This document shows, piece by piece, positions 29,531 to 39,036 of a stretch of DNA of 64,000 nt. Origin of the DNA: a virus (lineage: Duplodnaviria; Caudoviricetes); IMG/VR virus record IMGVR_UViG_3300020046_005360, one strand, 5' to 3'. Below the pieces are notes generated by a model. The model had not been told where the DNA came from and made no database searches. It saw only the letters and a list, made by a program, of their open reading frames with translations. The position numbers and the translations under genes were made by a program. Positions within the stretch are counted from its first letter, which is position 1; every line of letters begins with the position of its first letter.

Positions 29531-30312
29531 TATCTTAGATCTAATTTATCTTTAGGAATTTTGATAAATTTTAATTCATCATCCCCAGTGATTTCATAAG
29601 GAATATTATGTTTATCTAACAAAGAAGTTAATTTATCCATTTGTTCTTGTTCTACTTCCCTATCTTCTTCCTCTTCAAATAAAAATTCCATTTTTATGAA
29701 TCCAGGTTCATCAACATAAGGTTCAGTACCCCACCAAGTTTCCCCATCTTTGGATAATGAAACTACTTTTAGTTCTCCATCATCATCATCTTCATCATAA
29801 TCAAATTGAATTTTTCCAGGTGAGTTTACTTTTATTTCACTAAAAGTAGAATTTTGATCTGCTACAGTATATTCTTGTAATGTTAAATCATACCCAGAAC
29901 GCAATGCTTCTGCTTGGGCTTGTTTGTAACTTTGAGGTAATTCTCCTCCAAAAAAATCTAATATATGCATGTAATCATTAAACTTTTTTAATTGGGGTTG
30001 ATTTACTCTTATTTCACTCTGAATTCCAGCTAATTCCTGCATACGATCTACTTCACCTCCATATACAGGTTTTTCTCCACGAATAATTCGTGCTACGTTT
30101 TCAGGATCAGCTCTATCTAATACTTTATTTCCACGAGCAACTTGATCTTCATCTTCAGTTACTTCAATATCACCATTAGCTATTCTTAATAATATTTTAT
30201 CCAATGTATCTTTAGTTAAACCTTTTGTTGTACCTCCTGGAGCGTAGCGTGAATAACCTTTTTCTTCCAATAGTACTTCTTTAATTATATTTCTTAAATG
30301 CAATTTTTTCAT
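29530..30312 (-). CDS. Protein with MKKLHLRNIIKE leader, RMQELAGI motif and two EI[KR]VNxP modules
   Basis: DRMQELAGIQSEIRVNQP and FSEIKVNSP. Confidence 0.65.
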   Translation of the reverse strand: MKKLHLRNIIKEVLLEEKGYSRYAPGGTTKGLTKDTLDKILLRIANGDIEVTEDEDQVARGNKVLDRADPENVARIIRGEKPVYGGEVDRMQELAGIQSEIRVNQPQLKKFNDYMHILDFFGGELPQSYKQAQAEALRSGYDLTLQEYTVADQNSTFSEIKVNSPGKIQFDYDEDDDDGELKVVSLSKDGETWWGTEPYVDEPGFIKMEFLFEEEEDREVEQEQMDKLTSLLDKHNIPYEITGDDELKFIKIPKDKLDLR

Positions 30313-30335
30313 ATTAATCTTTATATATAAATATG

Positions 30336-31016
30336 TTAAATTTCGAAAATATTACCTTGACTACTTAATATACCAAATTTTCCATCCGTTACTACAGATC
30401 CATTACTAAATATAGTAGGATAACCTGATAATTGTAAGGTTCCTTGGTTTATGATATCCCCACAATTATGTATATGCCCACTCAAAAATAATTTAGGCTT
30501 AATACGATTTAATATATGATTTCGTAATGCTCTATCTCCACAAAATTCTATATTATTATCTCTTCCATAAGATAAATCTAATATTCCTTTACAAGGGCCA
30601 TGACATATAAATACGTCTATATCATCCGGAACGTTAGACCAATGTTTATCCATTTTATCTCTACTTTTCATGAAATACCAATCACCAAATGTTGGAGTGT
30701 TAGGTGAACCCCAAAATTTAATACCTTCTATATAACATTCTTCATTTTCGAGGTAAATTATTCCGAAAGCCGTACATAAATTACGAAATTGAGTATTCCA
30801 ATGGAATGCTAAAGAGTCATGGTTGCCTGCAATAAGTATTTTATATTCAACATCTAAATTCCCAAACCATTGAATAAAATCTTTAGCTTCGGGTTCATTT
30901 TTATATACATCATGATAATTAGAAAAATCCCCAGAATGAACTATTATATCTATATCTTTAGGTATAGTTAGTAAACGGTGGTATCCGTGACTATCTCCGA
31001 TATGTAAGAGTCGCAT
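30336..31016 (-). CDS. Metallophosphoesterase (calcineurin-like)
   Basis: GDSHG, HSGD, AGNHD, CHGP and GHIH motifs. Confidence 0.9.
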   Translation of the reverse strand: MRLLHIGDSHGYHRLLTIPKDIDIIVHSGDFSNYHDVYKNEPEAKDFIQWFGNLDVEYKILIAGNHDSLAFHWNTQFRNLCTAFGIIYLENEECYIEGIKFWGSPNTPTFGDWYFMKSRDKMDKHWSNVPDDIDVFICHGPCKGILDLSYGRDNNIEFCGDRALRNHILNRIKPKLFLSGHIHNCGDIINQGTLQLSGYPTIFSNGSVVTDGKFGILSSQGNIFEI

Positions 31017-31017
31017 A

Positions 31018-31296
31018 TTATTTATTTTTAATTACCCATTGAGTTACTAGTACTTCTTTGGCTTCTACTTCATCTAATTCAACTTCTTCTTCATATTCAA
31101 ATGGACTTTCATCTTGCATTTCTGTAGCACCACTAGACCAACTAGTTTGATAAAATTTACCTGTTGGAATGTGTTTAAATACACCTTCACTAAGAATACT
31201 CCATCTAGAAGTATCTACTATTTTAGTTTCAATAGTTTCAAAATCTTCATGATCGTCATAAACCATTTCTCTAGCTTCTTCTCCTGTTAATTTCAT
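31018..31296 (-). CDS. Small acidic hypothetical phage protein
   Basis: SRW...GATEMQ; ORF track, operon packing. Confidence 0.6.
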   Translation of the reverse strand: MKLTGEEAREMVYDDHEDFETIETKIVDTSRWSILSEGVFKHIPTGKFYQTSWSSGATEMQDESPFEYEEEVELDEVEAKEVLVTQWVIKNK

Positions 31297-31505
31297 AATT
31301 TATTTATTTCTTGTTTAACTTCTTCATAATATTCACCTAAAGCGTAATATCCTTCGGTATAATAATTAGCCATTTTAATTAATTCTTCAACACATATAGA
31401 CGCACTTTTACGTGCGTCTTCTTTTGTGTTATGGTCTGATAAATGAGATAACGTTTCATTATAAAAACGGTCAAATAAAAATTGGGCTTCTTGTTTAGGA
31501 TCCAT
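31293..31505 (-). CDS. Small hypothetical protein
   Basis: ORF track; overlapping start/stop junctions. Confidence 0.55.
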   Translation of the reverse strand: MDPKQEAQFLFDRFYNETLSHLSDHNTKEDARKSASICVEELIKMANYYTEGYYALGEYYEEVKQEINKL

Positions 31506-32689
31506 TATTTCTTTTCATCATATCGATTCGACATGTATTTTGCACTGAATTTGGAATCTAAAGTTCGTAATACAATACCTTCAATCATATTTTGTTTGAA
31601 ATATTCTTCACATTCTTGTTCAATTTCTTGTCTTGAATTAAATTCTTTATGGAACACTTCTTTTACTGTATGAAAATTATAATACTTCATTGTAAGTGTG
31701 AAGTCTTCATAGTTCATTTTTTCAGCAATTCCATTTTCATTGCATTCATCAGCTCCAAAGAATTTAATATTATTTTCTTCTTTACTACTTGGATTTAATT
31801 TATTTCCAGAACCTTTTAAAGTTTTCCCATTTAATTCTCCTCGTAAAATTAAATTATATTCTTTTTGGTCTAATAATTGTTCTAAATATGGTCTACCATA
31901 CTTTATGAAATCAGAATCATTTTCTACTTCTTCATATAAATTTAAATTAGGTTTAGTCCAAAATGATATTTTTTCTAAAAGTGTTTTTTCACGTCTTCCA
32001 ACATGTTTTTTAACCATAAGGTCAAGTTGTTGATTACGAGAACAAATAAATCCTTTACCATTTTTAACACCAATAGTAATACTTGATCCATCTACTTTTT
32101 CAGTACCAACTAGGGTAATTGGATAACCAATTTTATTTTCAATATGACCCCAAAGATTATTAATATTAGTTTCATCTGTTTTATAAAGTCCTTCAGGGAA
32201 TACTCGTGCACCCCCTACTTTATTACCAGCTTTATCTTTAACTTCTGGTTCTTCCCATTTTGTGATACCTAATAAGAATGTTAAATCTTGATCTTCTAAT
32301 TTTTTAGAAGTATTTAAATACTTAGATACTTCATTATATGGTAATAAAATTCCATTACTATAAACAGGATCAATACTTCCTTCACGTGAAAAGTTAAATT
32401 TCTTAGCTCTGATACGTAAAGGTACTCCCTCTACTTTACCTAACATACTTTTAGTTACATCTCCGTTTGGACGTAAAAAAGATTCGAATAAAGGAATATC
32501 CGAAAGATTAAAGTCAGGTTGAATATAAACTGCTTTATCTCCTACTTGGTATAAATCTTTTTGAGATACAAGGGTAAACCCATTTTCTTCTAATTCAATT
32601 AATTCAATTCGTTCTGCGGGTTGTCCATCTTTAAATAAAGGAGACTTCTGCTTAATAGTTACTACAGTAACGGCATTAATTTTTTTCAT
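31505..32689 (-). CDS. RNA ligase (Rnl2/DRB0094-like)
   Basis: TEKVDGSS (motif I), RGEL, EGIVLR and SAK; N-terminal OB-like domain. Confidence 0.85.
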   Translation of the reverse strand: MKKINAVTVVTIKQKSPLFKDGQPAERIELIELEENGFTLVSQKDLYQVGDKAVYIQPDFNLSDIPLFESFLRPNGDVTKSMLGKVEGVPLRIRAKKFNFSREGSIDPVYSNGILLPYNEVSKYLNTSKKLEDQDLTFLLGITKWEEPEVKDKAGNKVGGARVFPEGLYKTDETNINNLWGHIENKIGYPITLVGTEKVDGSSITIGVKNGKGFICSRNQQLDLMVKKHVGRREKTLLEKISFWTKPNLNLYEEVENDSDFIKYGRPYLEQLLDQKEYNLILRGELNGKTLKGSGNKLNPSSKEENNIKFFGADECNENGIAEKMNYEDFTLTMKYYNFHTVKEVFHKEFNSRQEIEQECEEYFKQNMIEGIVLRTLDSKFSAKYMSNRYDEKK

Positions 32690-32694
32690 AAATT

Positions 32695-33413
32695 TTAAAT
32701 TATATTTTTAAATTTCCAAATAAAACCACCAACACTTTTATATATTAATTCATTTCTACACATTGATGATATACCACTTCTACTTATTTTTAATTCATTA
32801 TATACAGCCAAAGCAGAATCCCAATCTTTAATAAAATTACCATCTAAATCATATTGAATTATAGGTTTTTGTTTCTTTTTCCTACCTTTATTTATAGATT
32901 CTTCAGAAATCATTCTACCCATTAATTTTTTAGATATTTTATCTTTTGTTTCTTGAGTTTGTATTCTTCCAACATTAAAACCATTTGGTTTATTTTTTTA
33001 TTCCAAGGTTTTGGTTTAGATAAATTTATTTTATGAGATTCGGATTTGGGTTTTCTCATTTTTTGTTTAGTCTCTTCAGACCTCTTTTTACCTTTATTTG
33101 AATTACTAATTTTTAATTTAGCTTCTTCAGAATATATAGTTGGACCATTCCCACCTCTATTTTTATTTTGAACATTAAATCCCCATTGTGTAAATTGTTC
33201 TATCCAATATGATTCTAAAGGTTTCCATTCTTTACTATTTAGAGAATTAACTTCATCTATATAGTCATAATTTATAGAGGAGCCAAAAGTTTGTTTATGT
33301 TTCCAATATCTACAATTTCTTGTTTGACCAATATAGACTTTGTTTGGATCACCAAAACAGTTAGTAACTAAGTAAATTTTTGTAATTTGTTGGGAAGTTT
33401 GTGTATTTATCAT
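32695..33413 (-). pseudogene. GIY-YIG/NUMOD3/NUMOD1 homing endonuclease split by a frameshift at an A7 run (32993-32999)
   Basis: Adding one A joins ORFs 32922..33413 and 32695..32922 through GRIQTQETKDKISKKLMG (NUMOD3-like). Confidence 0.75.
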
Positions 33414-33480
33414 CGCAGTATGTTTAAATGTTGGCGCGTATAAATATTACTTCTCTAAGCCTCTATTCAGAGGCTTTTAC
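33414..33480 (-). promoter_or_regulatory. Endonuclease upstream cassette, copy 2
   Basis: Hairpin 33457-33476 identical to copy 1; TATTTATA at 33439-33446. Confidence 0.8.
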
Positions 33481-33514
33481 TTACTGTTACGATGCTTACT
33501 GCTTGTTGTTCCAT
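33467..33514 (-). pseudogene. Probable orphaned 5' fragment of the RNA ligase gene
   Basis: MEQQAVSIVTVSK versus ligase start MKKINAVTVVTIK; runs into the cassette hairpin. Confidence 0.55.
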
Positions 33515-33523
33515 AAAATTTAT

Positions 33524-33697
33524 TTAATCATTTAATATTTGTTGATCATTTATATTTACTAATACTGCTTGATAATGAAATTGTCCATCACTATAAGGTC
33601 CTCCTAAAAATTGAACGCTAGGGTTGTTTTTTTGGAAATTTTGGACTTCAAATATAAGATTACCTACAGAATGTCCACTTAATATTGTATATATCAT
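33524..33697 (-). CDS. 57-aa hypothetical protein (DUF1737-like)
   Basis: Own translation MIYTILSGHS...FLGGPYSDGQFHYQAVL; downstream of CGTATATTTA. Confidence 0.55.
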   Translation of the reverse strand: MIYTILSGHSVGNLIFEVQNFQKNNPSVQFLGGPYSDGQFHYQAVLVNINDQQILND

Positions 33698-33762
33698 AAT
33701 ATGTATTTTTATTTGAGTAAATATACGACCCGTCTTTAGATAAAAAAAGACCCTTTCGGATC

Positions 33763-34323
33763 TTATTTTTTAATTCTAAATTTTAATTCTTTTATTTGAG
33801 ATGAAGACCAAAATTCCTTAGTTCCTGGTATTCGTCTTATTGAAGTTTTGATAAAGTCTTTTATTTCTTCATCACTTTTTTCCTTAAAGGGATATGGGTC
33901 TATTTTTATATGTAGATTAGTATCTGATCTAGAACCAGGAATATCTTCTGTTCTTACAACTGTAACACCAAGTATACTTCTTATATCAGATAATACATCA
34001 CTTAAATTTACGTTGTCTTGAACCCTAAGAGTTCCATTTAACATTAATATAGAATCAGATGTTGATTCTTCTAAATCTGGAGCATCTGAAGTATCATATT
34101 TCCCGTAGAATTCTTCCTGTTTTTTTAGATCTGTATAATGAAATGTTTCTGTTGTGCCAGTTTCATCTAAAGTAACTGAATAATATGGATGTTTAGATAA
34201 AACTATAACCCCATCATCTCCTCTATTAGTTTTTACAACATCTCCTTCAGAAAATTTAGTGTCTTGTTCCAGTAAGTTATAAACAGTTTCTCTAATTAAT
34301 TTTATTAGATTGGTTTTATTCAT
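33763..34323 (-). CDS. Hypothetical protein with MNKTNLIKLIRE leader
   Basis: Leader, KOW/SH3-like FSEGDVV segment, LEE site, second domain. Confidence 0.6.
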   Translation of the reverse strand: MNKTNLIKLIRETVYNLLEQDTKFSEGDVVKTNRGDDGVIVLSKHPYYSVTLDETGTTETFHYTDLKKQEEFYGKYDTSDAPDLEESTSDSILMLNGTLRVQDNVNLSDVLSDIRSILGVTVVRTEDIPGSRSDTNLHIKIDPYPFKEKSDEEIKDFIKTSIRRIPGTKEFWSSSQIKELKFRIKK

Positions 34324-34876
34324 CTTCTTTAGGAGCTTCTTTTGAAGGTTTAGAAGAGGAAATAGAAGCGTCTAATCTGGTTTTCAAATCTTCTAATTTA
34401 TCTAATTTTGCGTATAAAGGCTCTAAACTTGCAGACACAGAACTTCTTTGACCAGGATTATCTATTCCTTCTTGAGTTTTAGCTTGAATATCAGCTTTAA
34501 TATCAGCTATCTTAGAATCTATATCTTTTAATTGTTGAGAACCCATTTTGATGTCTTCTTTTAATTCTCCATCTCTAGTACGTAACATTTTACGAGATGT
34601 AGATCTTGCTTTACCTTCTGCTTTATATAAACCTACTATATCTTCTTTTACAAGACCTTGAGAAATCATTTCAGCTAATCCAAAAATATCTACTTCTTGA
34701 ATCATATCTTCTTCAGTCGATTCTTTTATGGCTTTTTTTACAATCCAAAAGTTACCAATTTGATCTTCTAAATTATATTCACTTTCTGGTTGAGAATCTA
34801 AAATTTCTAAATTTTCTTTCATTAATTTAGCTTTCAATTCTTTTTTTATGGCACTTATTAATTCTGTTTGTTTCAT
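34316..34876 (-). CDS. Hypothetical coiled-coil protein with MKQTELISAIKKE leader
   Basis: ORF track; TATTTATA at 34891-34898. Confidence 0.6.
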   Translation of the reverse strand: MKQTELISAIKKELKAKLMKENLEILDSQPESEYNLEDQIGNFWIVKKAIKESTEEDMIQEVDIFGLAEMISQGLVKEDIVGLYKAEGKARSTSRKMLRTRDGELKEDIKMGSQQLKDIDSKIADIKADIQAKTQEGIDNPGQRSSVSASLEPLYAKLDKLEDLKTRLDASISSSKPSKEAPKEDE

Positions 34877-34900
34877 TTTAAAGTATATAATATAAATATA

Positions 34901-35479
34901 TTATTTATTTTTTTCTTTCGCTTCCTTGATTTGTCTCTTCATTTCTTTAATATAATCATGGTCAATTCCTCCTCCTTGCCATGTTTCACGTACGCCGTCT
35001 TCTGTTATAAAATCTTCATTTTTAGAATTAGCGTATTCGTCAAGAGCCTTTTCAAACTCAGTTAAATGTGAAGTAAAGTTTTTAGACATAAGATCTTTTT
35101 GATATTCTTCAAATTTACCTTCAATTTTAAGATTAGTTTCCATCTCAATTACACAATCAAAACATTTTCCATGTATATTATACATTTTTTTATTTAGATC
35201 ATATATTTTAAAATGATTTTTACAACAAGGACAAACTAATGGATATTGACCATATTTTTTAAGTGAATCGTATTTTGTTACGGTTTGTTTGATCCCATTC
35301 TTTATTACCCATTTCTTACCATCTTCTTCCCAAATATCACCTTCTATATGTTCTTCTTGTTGTTTAGAATACCCTGTTTGAGTTTTAGTAGTATCACCAT
35401 AACGTTTAGCTGTTATATTACGAATACGATTTAAATCGGACTCGTTCCATTCTTTTTTTAATAATGTATCTTTGCTCAT
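34901..35479 (-). CDS. Hypothetical protein with CxxC/CxxC
   Basis: EGDIWEEDGKKW, CPCC and CFDC. Confidence 0.6.
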   Translation of the reverse strand: MSKDTLLKKEWNESDLNRIRNITAKRYGDTTKTQTGYSKQQEEHIEGDIWEEDGKKWVIKNGIKQTVTKYDSLKKYGQYPLVCPCCKNHFKIYDLNKKMYNIHGKCFDCVIEMETNLKIEGKFEEYQKDLMSKNFTSHLTEFEKALDEYANSKNEDFITEDGVRETWQGGGIDHDYIKEMKRQIKEAKEKNK

Positions 35480-35619
35480 TTTTTGTTTGGGTCTTGATAA
35501 AGATTTATATAAGTTGGAATATTTCTTCTTTCTTTTGAAGATATATAATTAGCAGCATCTATTAATTTTTTTAATAATTTAACTTCTCTACATTTTATAT
35601 TTGGATTATTTACTTTCAT
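35476..35619 (-). CDS. 47-aa micro-ORF starting MKVNNPN
   Basis: Own translation; ATGA overlaps with both neighbours. Confidence 0.7.
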   Translation of the reverse strand: MKVNNPNIKCREVKLLKKLIDAANYISSKERRNIPTYINLYQDPNKK

Positions 35620-36164
35620 AAACCTAGTTTTTGTAATTCTTGTATAATTTCTTGTGTATTACCTTTATAAAGTAAACCTATCCCATTTCGAGCTTTCCAA
35701 GCCTGTATTGTGTCTTCACGATCGTCTATTAAAATTTGATTTGGACCAGATAGATCTGATTTACGTTCTGCAGATCTGAATTCAATATCATAATCACCTA
35801 AATTATCTTGAACCCAATGGGTTTTACCTTCAACCGAAACATTATTTCGTGATGGTGCAGTAAGAATAATAGGATTATATTGTTTAATATAATTCCACAA
35901 TTCTTGTCCTTCAGGCATCCAACTCATTCCTCTATAAAATCGCATACCGACCTCTTCATCAATAAGTGACCAGAATTTTTGTAATCCAATCTTAGGACCA
36001 AATTCCCTCTCGGCCCTAGCTCTATATTCAGATGGAGATAATCCACTAAAATGTTCGAAGCGGGATTCAAAGTCACATAAACAACCATCCAAATCTTGGT
36101 AAATTTGATATGAATCTTGCATATCTTCTAATAATAATTCATTTAATGTCATAACTTTATTCAA
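35616..36164 (-). CDS. HAD-family 5'(3')-deoxyribonucleotidase-like protein
   Basis: DLDGCLCDF, ILTAP, K..W and LIDDR motifs. Confidence 0.85.
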   Translation of the reverse strand: MNKVMTLNELLLEDMQDSYQIYQDLDGCLCDFESRFEHFSGLSPSEYRARAEREFGPKIGLQKFWSLIDEEVGMRFYRGMSWMPEGQELWNYIKQYNPIILTAPSRNNVSVEGKTHWVQDNLGDYDIEFRSAERKSDLSGPNQILIDDREDTIQAWKARNGIGLLYKGNTQEIIQELQKLGL

Positions 36165-39036
36165 ATATTTCGGGGTTTTCTCTACTAAATTTACGCATCA
36201 TAGTAGCTGCAGTTGAATTACATTCGTTCTCCCATTCATCTCCATCTTGACCAGATTCAGGTTTTAGTCTACCTTCTATATCTTGTTTTAAATGAACCAT
36301 TTCATGAAACATACTTCTTGTAATATCTGCTAAATTACGATTATAAGTAACAACTCTTATACTTTTATCACCGGGAGCATACCCACCAAATGAATGATGT
36401 TCTTTTGTATATTCAGGATTATTTATCAATATAACATTTGGTTTTGGAATATCCAAATATTTCATAGCATACTGTACTGCTTTATTTAATATAGGAGCAT
36501 GTTCTTTTTGAAATACTTCTTTTAATAATTTAGATTCATTAATAGTTTCAGGAACATCATTGGGATTAATTACACTTTTTGTTTTTAGAAAATTATTTAC
36601 TTCATAATCTCCCCACCAATTATTATATATTTTATTTGGATATCTTTCTATATTATGACTTATAATTGCAGGAAACGTAGGTGCTCTAAAATCATCTTTT
36701 ATTTCATTTTCACTAAGCCATTTATATCCATCTCTATTTAAAATAGGGAGTATTTTTAGCCAAGCTTCTTTATCTTTAACGTAATAATGCCAATTTTTAT
36801 CAGTTGGAAAATATAAACCCGGTTTATTCACTTTAATTTCATCAACTTCGTGATAAGGTTCTATAGTTGGTAATATATCTGAGATATATTGTTCCACACT
36901 TATTTCTTTATCTTTGTAAAGTGTTTTTACTTGTGGATATTTTGTTTGTAACTCTTGGATAAGTTTAAGAACACGAGTATTATCTCCCAACTTATCTAAA
37001 AATACATCAATTTCTTTAATATAATTTTTTGCGTTTGGAATTTCCTTTTTAGTACCCAAATTAATTCTTTCTTCAGATTCGTCTTGGGAAATTTTAGGAT
37101 GAACATTATTCGTATCCATTTCATCTGAATAGTAATAAAATGGAACAAATTTATAATTGTTTGATAATTTATTTCCGTCTAGTTTAATACGGACTAAAGA
37201 ACCTCCTATTTTAGGGTCATTTTTCCATAAATTTTTATTACGAGTAGTAGAAAAGTAATTTAAATATTCGATCCCCTTATCTTTAAAATCCGATTCTTTT
37301 TTTCTAAATGATTTAAAATCAGGACCTAAGTCATCAACTGCCGTTACGGAAGAATAAAATTTATTATCATCTAAAATACCTCTTAATCCATTAAGATTAG
37401 AAAAATGATACACATCACCTACGCTTTTAGCTTCATCTACACGTCTTGGTTCTCGTTTCTCCATCCCCATCATAATACCAACTAGTTTTGGAAGAGTAGA
37501 AGTATCTTTAATTCTATTATAGAAATCTGGAATATTATCACCTGACATATCATATCCATGTTTTTCTAATATATCACTTAATTCGGATTGGATTTTTACA
37601 GAATGAATTAAATCTTGGAAATCTTGGTAAGGTATTTTACCAGGCATATTTACTTTAATTTCTTCAATTGAAGCTAGTTTATCATAATATTTTGGATCTT
37701 CAAAGAGGTGATCCATAGCTATTTCTTCTGCTACGTCTTTAGAAGTGGTATGTTCTAATTCTACTTTAATACCTTTTTGGAGTTGTTTTCTTAGACTAGA
37801 TATATTAGCTTTATGTTTATCAGCTATGTCTTGTAAAGTTAGTCCAGAAGATAAACCACCAGGTATTTTTTCTTCATTTAATGAGTCTTTAACCACATTA
37901 AGCAATTCAGGGGCTTTATTAATCCATGATGATGAATCTTCGATATTAATATGAGGAGTAGATAAATATGGAGGTGGATTAGTTATTGCCGATTTTGATA
38001 CAACTTTATAATTATCATCCCAATCCTCAACTAATCTAGACCATTTAGGAACATTCATATTAGCAAAAGATGCTATTATTTTTTTATCTCTAACATCAAT
38101 TAAAAAATAATCTGGAGGTCTTTGTGTTGATTCTTGGGTTTTTAAAAATTCATTATATGAATGACTTTCTCCGTAAGCTTTTTTATAATTAAAGGGTTGA
38201 TTTACTTTTATTTCATTTAAATTTAATAAAGATTCATATTCTTTATAAATTTTATTTAATTCCTGTCCTGGTAGTGCTTCTAAAAATTCTTTAGTATTAC
38301 GAAAAGTTATTACATCCCCATATTTATCTTTAATATCTTCTATTTTATTAATATAATACAGTTGATCATTACTTTGAAGGGTTCTATATTTTTCTCTTAT
38401 TTGTTTTATCAAATTTATAACATCAATAACAGATTTAAATCCCGGAGTATTTACTTTTATTTCATGAAGTTGAAAATTCATTAAGAAATCGTCTACTTTT
38501 ATTCCTTCAGGAATTAAAGATTTAATTGCTAATCTATTTCTAATTCGTATAGCTTCACGCAATGAAGTAGATGATATGTCATCAAAATTACCAGCGTCTA
38601 TAATATCAACATTTGAATATTTTTCTCTATTTTCGTTTATAGAATTATATCTATCTTTTTCTCCTTTTCCATATACAACAATATAATTATTTGTTTTATC
38701 CTTAACTATATTATAAATTTCTGTTATAGGAGAAGATGAAGTAGATATTTTTACTTTAACATTTTCGGGCAATAAAGGAATATATTGTTTCCAAACTTTA
38801 AGTGATACTTCAGGAGTATATCCTTCACGTATATTATTTGAAATAATAATATGAAGTTCATCTACGTGTTGAGCAGCTCTCTTAGCAACTTCAACGTGAC
38901 CACGATGTGGGGGGGAGAACGAACCAGGATATAAGCTAATTATTTTAGCAGATTCGTGTATTATTCTTTCAGCAATTTTTTGTCCTAATCCTTCCATTCT
39001 GTTATTTCTTGTAATATTTTTTCTTTGGGATAACAT
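36157..39036 (-). CDS. Polyprotein-like mosaic: HxGH nucleotidyltransferase, four EIKVNxP modules, DUF5661-like, ART-like and HExxH domains
   Basis: PGSFSPPHRGH...ISST.LR; KGIKVELEH...IAMDHL.EDP.YY; YHF...STTR...ESEE; FHEMVH...E. Confidence 0.7.
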   Translation of the reverse strand: MLSQRKNITRNNRMEGLGQKIAERIIHESAKIISLYPGSFSPPHRGHVEVAKRAAQHVDELHIIISNNIREGYTPEVSLKVWKQYIPLLPENVKVKISTSSSPITEIYNIVKDKTNNYIVVYGKGEKDRYNSINENREKYSNVDIIDAGNFDDISSTSLREAIRIRNRLAIKSLIPEGIKVDDFLMNFQLHEIKVNTPGFKSVIDVINLIKQIREKYRTLQSNDQLYYINKIEDIKDKYGDVITFRNTKEFLEALPGQELNKIYKEYESLLNLNEIKVNQPFNYKKAYGESHSYNEFLKTQESTQRPPDYFLIDVRDKKIIASFANMNVPKWSRLVEDWDDNYKVVSKSAITNPPPYLSTPHINIEDSSSWINKAPELLNVVKDSLNEEKIPGGLSSGLTLQDIADKHKANISSLRKQLQKGIKVELEHTTSKDVAEEIAMDHLFEDPKYYDKLASIEEIKVNMPGKIPYQDFQDLIHSVKIQSELSDILEKHGYDMSGDNIPDFYNRIKDTSTLPKLVGIMMGMEKREPRRVDEAKSVGDVYHFSNLNGLRGILDDNKFYSSVTAVDDLGPDFKSFRKKESDFKDKGIEYLNYFSTTRNKNLWKNDPKIGGSLVRIKLDGNKLSNNYKFVPFYYYSDEMDTNNVHPKISQDESEERINLGTKKEIPNAKNYIKEIDVFLDKLGDNTRVLKLIQELQTKYPQVKTLYKDKEISVEQYISDILPTIEPYHEVDEIKVNKPGLYFPTDKNWHYYVKDKEAWLKILPILNRDGYKWLSENEIKDDFRAPTFPAIISHNIERYPNKIYNNWWGDYEVNNFLKTKSVINPNDVPETINESKLLKEVFQKEHAPILNKAVQYAMKYLDIPKPNVILINNPEYTKEHHSFGGYAPGDKSIRVVTYNRNLADITRSMFHEMVHLKQDIEGRLKPESGQDGDEWENECNSTAATMMRKFSRENPEIFE

